Shown: positions 25,560 to 32,000 of the stretch, piece after piece | How the letters are laid out: each line of letters opens with the position of its first letter | Position numbering within the stretch: the stretch's first letter is position 1 | Source of the DNA: Candidatus Omnitrophota bacterium | GTDB lineage: Bacteria > Omnitrophota > Gorgyraeia > 2-01-FULL-45-10 | Reading direction: 5' to 3' | DNA length: 32,000 nucleotides | NCBI GenBank assembly: GCA_023818895.1 | Contig: JAMWCX010000001.1 | Coordinates: 479,789 to 511,788 of the forward strand | Position numbers and translations under genes: made by a program | The notes under the pieces: model-generated | Database searches by the model: none | What the model saw: the letters and a program-made list of their open reading frames with translations, nothing else | Told to the model about the DNA's origin: nothing

Positions 25560-26573
25560 CTAATAATAAGTGACTTTCGCCTTATGGACGAACGCGAGCG
25601 CCTGGAGGGCCTTGCCGAAAAACTCATCTCCCACGCATATCTCGCTATAACGTTTTTTCTTTTTTAGTATACTGAAGGCGGTCTTTATATGAAAATTGTC
25701 AGGCGCCATATTGACCGCTATTATATTCGAATGGGCTGGGATATCAACCTTTTCTTTTACAAAGAACCATACCCAGTTGCCAGCCCTGGCAAGTCTGGTG
25801 GCTTCTGAAAATAGCTTCTTAAGCACGTTCTGATCATACGTATCAAGCACATACGCGATGCGCCTAGGCTTGCCCCACCTGAATTCGTAAATTTCCTTAT
25901 TTCTTCGAAAATCCTCATCGAAGGTCTTGAGGCGCCTGAAGGAGGCATTCTCGCGATGATAAACATACGCGCCGCAAGCCCTGACGCAACGGTAGCCTTC
26001 TTTGACCGCCCGTCGCGAAAAATCGGTGTCCTCGAAGTTACCCATCCCGTATATCTCGTCAAAAAAACCTATCTTACTAATAAGGTCCCTCTTTAATAGC
26101 ATGCAGAATCCTATGGCGCTGCCAAGCTCGATGTATTTTCCGCGCAATGGTTTCAATCTCTCAGCATAACGCTCAAGAGGCTCGCCCGGGGCCGGCCTCT
26201 GACCAAGGTTATTGCTTGAAGGATTGACAATTCCAATATCGTCAGAGCGTTCAGCGATCGATATCATTTCCTCAAGCCAGCCCTCGGTAACAATAGTGTC
26301 ATTATTCAGCAGGCAAACAAATGGGGCGTCCGAAAGGGCCATACCGTGGTTCACCGCCTTGATAAAGCCAAGATTTTCACTGTTCCTCACAAGAAGGAGC
26401 GGGATCTCGCCGGCTGTTTTAAGGCCTTCGAGGTATTTTCTCGTATCGTCGGTGCTGGCATTATCTATTATTATCAGCCGGTACCCTGTTTTTGTATTAT
26501 TACGTATGGACTCAACGCAATCTTTTGTGAAAGATAAGTTGTTCCATACAGGAATTATGATATCACATTTCAT
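25560..26573 (-). CDS. Two-domain glycosyltransferase, paralog B (GT2 plus shared C-terminal module)
   Basis: 337 aa. It reads MKCDIIIPVWNN, LIIIDNAST, NLGFIKAVNHGM, LLNNDTIVTEGWLEEM, DIGIVNPSSN, GFCMLLKR, FEDTDFS and YVYH. The C-terminal module runs from WGKPRRIAYVLD to the end. Its start forms an ATGA overlap with paralog C. Confidence 0.85.
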   Translation of the reverse strand: MKCDIIIPVWNNLSFTKDCVESIRNNTKTGYRLIIIDNASTDDTRKYLEGLKTAGEIPLLLVRNSENLGFIKAVNHGMALSDAPFVCLLNNDTIVTEGWLEEMISIAERSDDIGIVNPSSNNLGQRPAPGEPLERYAERLKPLRGKYIELGSAIGFCMLLKRDLISKIGFFDEIYGMGNFEDTDFSRRAVKEGYRCVRACGAYVYHRENASFRRLKTFDEDFRRNKEIYEFRWGKPRRIAYVLDTYDQNVLKKLFSEATRLARAGNWVWFFVKEKVDIPAHSNIIAVNMAPDNFHIKTAFSILKKKKRYSEICVGDEFFGKALQALAFVHKAKVTYY

Positions 26574-27622
26574 GCCTTAACCCCAGCGGCCGCATCAATT
26601 GTCTTGATAACACTATGGGTATCTTTCTCAGCGTCAAAATAATGGATGGATTTAAACATCTTCGAAAGCACGCGTGCCATATCGCGATCATCGACAAAAA
26701 TTCCAGTGTATCGCTTATCTTCATTTTTCATCTTGTTGAAAAACAATATGGTTGAGAATATTACAGCCGAAAATATCGGCGGAAAAAATCTTTCCCTTAC
26801 GTTTATATGTTCGATAAAAAGACTTTTGGCAGTGTTCCAAAGATAAACCACATGCTGCTTTCTCGCAAGGTCTAAAACAAGTTTAGCGATTTTTGAATCA
26901 GCCTTATCGCTCGTCACGATGAACACGAGTTTAAGTCGCCGTCCCCATCTTGAATAAAAAAGCTCCTTATTCTTTTCGTGCAAAGCGATGCGCTTGTCGT
27001 CCTTAAATAGGCTTGCGAATGTCGAATCCCGAAGATGGCGAACCGTGACATCGCGCACCTTCACACAACGGAAGCCTGCGCGTATCGCCCGCACCGAAAA
27101 ATCATCGTCATCATAATATCCAAAACCATATGCCTCGTCGAACCCGCCGATCTTTTCTACCACGGATCTCTTTATCAAAACACAGTATCCTCTGCAAAAA
27201 TCGACTTCGATGTAAGGTTTAGTAAGCGGCGGGTGGCGCAGTTTGTCCGCAAAATCAGGATTTACAAGGCCGATGTCTTCTTCGGAATCCGCAACCTCGA
27301 TCATCCTTTTGAGCCAGTCGTCTGTCTCTATGATGGTATCATTATTCATTACGCAAATATACGGTGCGCGAGACAGCTCGATACCTTGGTTCACGGCCTT
27401 CACCCAGCCGAGATTTTCATCGTTTCTTACGAGCAATGAGTCAGGATGGGTGATCTTATATTCTTCGAGAAATTTCATAGTTAAAGGACCACTTGCATTG
27501 TCAATAAGAATCAGGCGGTAAGGTGTATGAGTTTTGGCCTCTATACTCTTAAGGCAATTTGAAGTAAGGTCTTCTTTGTTGTAAACCGGTATTATTATGT
27601 CACAAGCTTTCAATCCGTTCAC
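26570..27622 (-). CDS. Two-domain glycosyltransferase, paralog C (GT2 plus shared C-terminal module)
   Basis: 350 aa with a GTG start in a GTGA overlap with paralog D. It reads ACDIIIPVYNK, LILIDNASG, NLGWVKAVNQGI, VMNNDTII and GYCVLIKR. The acidic box is YDDDDFS. The C-terminal module runs from WGRRLKLVFIV. Confidence 0.85.
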   Translation of the reverse strand: MNGLKACDIIIPVYNKEDLTSNCLKSIEAKTHTPYRLILIDNASGPLTMKFLEEYKITHPDSLLVRNDENLGWVKAVNQGIELSRAPYICVMNNDTIIETDDWLKRMIEVADSEEDIGLVNPDFADKLRHPPLTKPYIEVDFCRGYCVLIKRSVVEKIGGFDEAYGFGYYDDDDFSVRAIRAGFRCVKVRDVTVRHLRDSTFASLFKDDKRIALHEKNKELFYSRWGRRLKLVFIVTSDKADSKIAKLVLDLARKQHVVYLWNTAKSLFIEHINVRERFFPPIFSAVIFSTILFFNKMKNEDKRYTGIFVDDRDMARVLSKMFKSIHYFDAEKDTHSVIKTIDAAAGVKA

Positions 27623-28743
27623 GCAGTGCGCGTCCTCTCAATGATAGCCTGGAGCTTTTTTTTCATGTCTTCACCTATATCCACTCTGCAAACAAATGCC
27701 CTATGAATGGGGTAAAACGCCGTCAGCAAGATCGGATTGTCTTTGCCAACAACTATCATAGCGTCATATCTTTTGCGCGCCTTAGTTCCAAACGAGCGTT
27801 CTATAAGGCGCGCCAGAGCTTGCGCCTGCCTGAAGATGTCGGGTAGGAAATTGTATTTGATATTCTGATGTAACGGAATTCTAGCTTCCGACGAGATGGC
27901 GGCAAGGCGCTTCTTATTTGCCTCCCTGTCGCCGAACACCCATAGATTTACCCAGCACCATTCTCGGGCCAGAAAAAGCACACCATCTAAAACATTTTTT
28001 ATATCGGCGTCGCTAATGCTATCATCGATCGCAAAAACCCATCCTATTCGCAAATGTCGGGGCCATTTTTGAAAATATGTCTTCTCACCTGGCGATACAA
28101 GCCTTTTTCTGTCGCCCATAACGTTAAAGGTGGCATGCTGTTTATGATAAACATAGGCATCATGCACCGAAACGCATCGGTAACCTGCTTTATGAGCTCT
28201 CATGGAATAGTCCGTATCATCAAAACCGCCTATTCCAAAGGCTTCATCCAGATATCCTATCTTATCTATCACTTCGCGTTTGATTAGCATGCAGAAACCG
28301 AAGCATTGATTCATCTCCATATAGCGGCCCTTGTTGGCTTCGAGCCTCTTGGCGTACTCCTCTATCGGCGTGTCAAGATGGCCGTCGCAGACCGGGTTAA
28401 GAAGGCCGGCGTCTTTATGCGCTTCGGCAAATTCTACCAGCCTTTCAAGCCAGCCCGGAGCCGGGATGGTATCGTTATTCAGAACGCAGACATACGGGGC
28501 GCTTGATGCTTGAAGGCCCTGATTGACAGCCTTGACAAAACCGAGGTTCTGCTCATTGCGTATCAGGACTTTCTCGACACCGTCTATTTTCAGGCCCCTC
28601 AGATATTCGGCAGTCGCAGCAGCACTACCGTTATCGACCAGAATAAGGCGATACGGATACCGAGTGTTCTTTATCAGATTTTCAATGCACGCGCGCGTGT
28701 GCTCCGGCTGGTTCCATATCGGTATGATGATGTCACATTTCAT
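27619..28743 (-). CDS. Two-domain glycosyltransferase, paralog D (GT2 plus shared C-terminal module)
   Basis: 374 aa. It reads MKCDIIIPIWNQ, LILVDNGSA, NLGFVKAVNQGL, VLNNDTIPAPGWLERL, GFCMLIKR, FDDTDYS and YVYH. The C-terminal module runs from WPRHLRIGWVFAIDD. An AAGAGG RBS is present. Confidence 0.85.
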   Translation of the reverse strand: MKCDIIIPIWNQPEHTRACIENLIKNTRYPYRLILVDNGSAAATAEYLRGLKIDGVEKVLIRNEQNLGFVKAVNQGLQASSAPYVCVLNNDTIPAPGWLERLVEFAEAHKDAGLLNPVCDGHLDTPIEEYAKRLEANKGRYMEMNQCFGFCMLIKREVIDKIGYLDEAFGIGGFDDTDYSMRAHKAGYRCVSVHDAYVYHKQHATFNVMGDRKRLVSPGEKTYFQKWPRHLRIGWVFAIDDSISDADIKNVLDGVLFLAREWCWVNLWVFGDREANKKRLAAISSEARIPLHQNIKYNFLPDIFRQAQALARLIERSFGTKARKRYDAMIVVGKDNPILLTAFYPIHRAFVCRVDIGEDMKKKLQAIIERTRTA

Positions 28744-28787
28744 ATAATCCTCTTGGCAGCCAAGCCTGTGGGGGTGCCCTACTTACT

Positions 28788-29876
28788 CTATCTTTTCTCC
28801 AAGAGCTTATCGACAGCCCTCATGACATCTTCAGGTTTTATACTATCAAGGCATTTCTGTGTAACGCACTTTACGTACTTGAAATTTCTGTAACATGGCC
28901 TGCACGGCACCTTGCTTGTAATGGTCATATGCTTCTCGCTCGGAGGATACGGTCCATATACCTTTTCATCAACAGGCCCGAATATCGATATTGTCTTCAC
29001 GCCGAGACCCACGGACATGTGCAAGGGTCCGCCGTCGTTTGTGATGATGAGCGCGCAACGAGACGCAAGCGCAAGAAACATACCTATGGGAACCTTCCCA
29101 CAAGCCATGATGGCGTTATGTTTCATAAGGGCTTGGACGGCCTCGCAAAGCTCTATCTCCCTTACGTCACCGAACAATATGATTTTTGCTTTATATCTTT
29201 CGGCCAATAGATTGGCAACTTCGGCGAAGCTTGCTTTATCCCATCTTCTGTATTTGGCATCGAGGCCCCAACTTGCGCCGCAGCCGGGAAGCATGCCGAC
29301 GAGAAGCTCGTCCGTCCCAACGCCATTCTCGGCAAGAAATCTGTCGCCGGCCCTCTTATCAAGATCTGAAACATACACCTTGGGGCCGCTTATTATGTTG
29401 CCGCTATCTATATTTAGAGGTTTCAATAGATCCAGATAGTACTCTATGACGTGTTTTCCCGAAAAACTTTCTATATCGATCTTGTCGGTCAGAAAACGGC
29501 CCCTGTCCCTGAAATTGAAACCCGCTCGTTTTTTGACACCCAGTAACTTAAGAAGCAGGCTATATTGATATCCCAAAGAAAGATCGATGGCTATATCGAA
29601 TCGCTCCTTTTTTATTTCCCTCAGAAATCCTATAACGCGCTTCATACATTCGACCCTCGATCTCTTCCACAAGTCCCTGTAATCATCCTTCTCATATACG
29701 AATATCTTGTCTATATCGGGGTTGGAACGTATAACCTCGTAAGCGCGCTTATTACATACGTAGCCTATAAACCCTCCAGGGTATTTCTTTTTAATACATT
29801 CCACTAAAGGAGTCGAGAACAGGACATCTCCTATGCCGAACGGATTTATAATGAGTATACGCGGGTTATCTTTCAT
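28788..29876 (-). CDS. Glycosyltransferase family 9 (ADP-heptose:LPS heptosyltransferase-like)
   Basis: 362 aa. It starts RILIINPFGIGDVLFSTPLVECIKKKYP, carries the central GASWGLDAKYRRW and ends with ALIITNDGGPLHMSVGLGVKTISIFGP. These are typical RfaF/RfaC-family strings. Confidence 0.85.
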   Translation of the reverse strand: MKDNPRILIINPFGIGDVLFSTPLVECIKKKYPGGFIGYVCNKRAYEVIRSNPDIDKIFVYEKDDYRDLWKRSRVECMKRVIGFLREIKKERFDIAIDLSLGYQYSLLLKLLGVKKRAGFNFRDRGRFLTDKIDIESFSGKHVIEYYLDLLKPLNIDSGNIISGPKVYVSDLDKRAGDRFLAENGVGTDELLVGMLPGCGASWGLDAKYRRWDKASFAEVANLLAERYKAKIILFGDVREIELCEAVQALMKHNAIMACGKVPIGMFLALASRCALIITNDGGPLHMSVGLGVKTISIFGPVDEKVYGPYPPSEKHMTITSKVPCRPCYRNFKYVKCVTQKCLDSIKPEDVMRAVDKLLEKR

Positions 29877-31117
29877 GCGGGCCTTCCCGCGCGCACCCCG
29901 GCTGTCGCCGCGCTTACGCCTATCGAACTCCAGAAAAGGGTCGCAAGATTGAGTGAATATAGGTTGGTATCGAAGAAACCGAGCACAAGGAATGCCAGCA
30001 CACCCATCGATAGACCTAAAAGCACCGATTCGTAAAATTTGTCTTTTATCTTTTTAAGGCTCTTGCCCACCCCCACAAAATAGGCGGCCATCAAATATAT
30101 AAAACCCACAAGTCCCACAAGACCTGTGTCAGCGGCCATCTGAAGGTAGCAGTTATGAGCATACGCGCCTTTCTTGCCTTTCCACTCATCGTTACGAAGC
30201 CTCATGAACTCCTGGAAGAAGCTGTTAAGGCCGTTTCCTATTACAGGATGGACCTTGAATATTTCCCATCCCGTACCCCACATGAAAAATCTATCACTCA
30301 CGCTGGATATCCCGAATATATAATTGGCCATCTCCATTCTAAGAAAAAACGGCATGACGAGCATCACGACTAATACCGCTATTAACCAGAACCGCTTCTT
30401 AGCGAGCGCTATATATATACACGAGACAGCAAACCCCACCCAAGCGCCGCGCGCCTTGGTAAGGAACAAAAGATAGAAAAGGGCGAGCGATACAGACGCC
30501 ACCACCCACCTTATCCTCAGTCCTTTAAGATCAAATATAGTAACGCAGGCTATGGGCATAATCACAAGTAATATCCATGCCGCTAGATCGTTAGGAAATG
30601 GAAAGCAGGCGGTAGGAAATCCCCGGAAAAAGCCGGCTCCGTCATTAGGCGCCCTGTATTTGTATACCGGATATTGATGCAAAAAATCGGGTATCGGTCC
30701 ATAGAGCTGAATGAACCCGTCGGCCAGAATAACTATTGTCGAAAGAAATGCGATAACAAAAAGATCCTTAAGCTTGGCCTCCGTGTCGATGCTCTCGACT
30801 ATAACATAGTAAAAAGCTATATACTTCAGGACCTTCGAGAAAAGGGCTTTTAGGCTAAGGCCGAAATATGCCGTAACGAAGAAAGACGGAATAATCGTTG
30901 CAACAAAGATAAGAAACGGTAGTTCTAACCCTGTTTTTGGAAGACTGATATCCTTATTTATTATTCTCCTCGCGAGAAAGAGGACTATGCCAACGGAAAT
31001 AGCTATTTCAGATATGGATTTCGAAAAAGGCGCGGCAAAAACAACGGCAAAGACGCACCACTTCATCGCGTAGGAAAATATTGTATTAAATTTATCTTCA
31101 ACCGGCTTCCTTAACAC
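29873..31117 (-). CDS. O-antigen ligase / Wzy_C-domain membrane protein (WaaL-like, or PglL-type O-oligosaccharyltransferase-like)
   Basis: It is polytopic, with the loop TKARGAWVG and the Wzy_C-type AHNCYLQMAADTGLVGLVGF. The start is uncertain. I chose GTG 31117 (GGAAGGA 6 nt upstream). Alternatives are ATG 31066 (no SD) or the track TTG 31156, which overlaps the upstream gene by 59 nt. Confidence 0.8.
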   Translation of the reverse strand: MLRKPVEDKFNTIFSYAMKWCVFAVVFAAPFSKSISEIAISVGIVLFLARRIINKDISLPKTGLELPFLIFVATIIPSFFVTAYFGLSLKALFSKVLKYIAFYYVIVESIDTEAKLKDLFVIAFLSTIVILADGFIQLYGPIPDFLHQYPVYKYRAPNDGAGFFRGFPTACFPFPNDLAAWILLVIMPIACVTIFDLKGLRIRWVVASVSLALFYLLFLTKARGAWVGFAVSCIYIALAKKRFWLIAVLVVMLVMPFFLRMEMANYIFGISSVSDRFFMWGTGWEIFKVHPVIGNGLNSFFQEFMRLRNDEWKGKKGAYAHNCYLQMAADTGLVGLVGFIYLMAAYFVGVGKSLKKIKDKFYESVLLGLSMGVLAFLVLGFFDTNLYSLNLATLFWSSIGVSAATAGVRAGRPA

Positions 31118-32000
31118 TTTTAATCCTTCCGAACCTTCCTGTGTCGACCATGGCAAGCCTTACGCCGAGAGCGAAAAGCGACATTATGACTATCCCTATA
31201 ACCACAAAAGCCGACTTTAACGAAAGTCTCTGAATCAATAAGGCGCTAACACCCAGGCAGATGCATATGCCGTATACGACCAGCACCGCTCGCTTCTTTT
31301 TAAAACCCAAAAGCGCAAGCCTGTGCGACGAATGGTCCCTGCCGCCCTGAAATATAGAACGCCCCTCTTTTATACGCATAATAGTTACGAGTGTGGTGTC
31401 AAATATCGGATAGGCAAGTATTATGACAGGCATGGCAAGGGACGTCGTCAAAAAGCGAGTGCTCCAGCTGCCGAGAATAGCGGTGGAAGCAAGAAGAAAT
31501 CCAAGGACAAGACTTCCTGAATCACCCATAAAGATCTTCGCCTCCGGGAAATTATGCTTAAGAAATCCTAAAGATGATCCGGCAATCGCAAAGGAGACAA
31601 CAGCTATGCTTATTTGGCTGCCGCTCCACATCACTATCCCGAAAAAGACAGCCGCGATCGTCGCTATGCCTGCGGAGAGGCCGTTCATATTATCGAGAAG
31701 GTTAAACGAGTTAGTTATGCCGACTATCCATAAATATGTCAATATCGTGCTAAGATAATAATTTTGCAAAAAGCCTATCCGAACGCCAGATTTTATTACA
31801 ACCATCGCTGCAAGAAATTGGGCAAGAAGCTTAACCTCCGGCATCATTCCCATCCTGTCATCGACCAGCCCAACCACAAGAAGAATGGAAGCGCCTATAA
31901 TTATGCTCAAAAGCCGCGGATCCTGGCCCAAATTTACGGTCGTGAAGAGGCCGGCCGTAAACGCTATGTAAATGCCAACACCCCCAAGAAGTGGAGTCGG
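31098..32000 (-). CDS. Polyprenyl-phosphate N-acetylhexosamine-1-phosphate transferase (WecA/MraY family, GT4 PNPT); the 5' end lies beyond the window
   Basis: The reading frame stays open upstream of the track start. My translation of 32000-31932 is PTPLLGGVGIYIAFTAGLFTTVN. It has the DD motif VGLVDDRMG and the family box NSFNLLDNMNGLS, and is polytopic. The true start lies outside the window. Confidence 0.85.
   Translation of the reverse strand, partial: PTPLLGGVGIYIAFTAGLFTTVNLGQDPRLLSIIIGASILLVVGLVDDRMGMMPEVKLLAQFLAAMVVIKSGVRIGFLQNYYLSTILTYLWIVGITNSFNLLDNMNGLSAGIATIAAVFFGIVMWSGSQISIAVVSFAIAGSSLGFLKHNFPEAKIFMGDSGSLVLGFLLASTAILGSWSTRFLTTSLAMPVIILAYPIFDTTLVTIMRIKEGRSIFQGGRDHSSHRLALLGFKKKRAVLVVYGICICLGVSALLIQRLSLKSAFVVIGIVIMSLFALGVRLAMVDTGRFGRIKSVKEAG

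Overview
This 32-kb window is almost fully coding. All 32 CDSs I can support lie on the minus strand, and seven junctions are 4-nt ATGA/GTGA stop-start overlaps. I saw no rRNA, tRNA, CRISPR array, transposase/integrase or prophage signal. The gene content (LptB, an LptC/A-like protein, an LpxL-type acyltransferase, an OM porin, a heptosyltransferase, GmhB) points to a diderm, LPS-type bacterium. The lineage cannot be determined from the sequence alone. In transcription order (high to low coordinates) the window contains: (1) 32000-18321, a glycan / LPS-core-like assembly cluster. It holds a WecA/MraY-family initiating transferase (partial), a Wzy_C/O-antigen-ligase-like protein and a GT9 heptosyltransferase. 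It also holds four paralogous two-domain GT2 enzymes, interrupted by two WaaE/KdtX-like GT2 paralogs. It ends with a DPM1/ArnC/GtrB-like GT2, a B12-binding radical SAM enzyme, a small membrane-anchored protein, a GT-C-like polytopic membrane protein and GmhB. (2) 18256-13330: a MGDG-synthase/UgtP-like GT28, a family-4 uracil-DNA glycosylase, PriA and Fmt. (3) 13167-6338: an Rrf2 regulator, a porin and pstS-pstC-pstA-pstB. In the slot normally held by phoU there is an unrecognised 435-aa protein ending in a CBS motif. (4) gap. (5) An LpxL-type acyltransferase, a fused LptC/LptA-like lipoprotein and lptB. (6) tig, clpP and a class V aminotransferase (partial). Sigma70-type promoters, hairpins and palindromes can be read in the few spacers. 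The best candidates for something undescribed are: (a) the four tandem GT2 paralogs sharing an extra C-terminal module that looks like an orphan GT-B half-domain; (b) the GT2 / B12-radical-SAM / small anchor protein / GT-C module, which resembles Arn/Gtr/Lgm logic but has a radical SAM tailoring step; (c) the Rrf2-porin-pst operon ending in the unknown CBS protein instead of PhoU. All homology calls come from motif recognition by eye, not from database searches.
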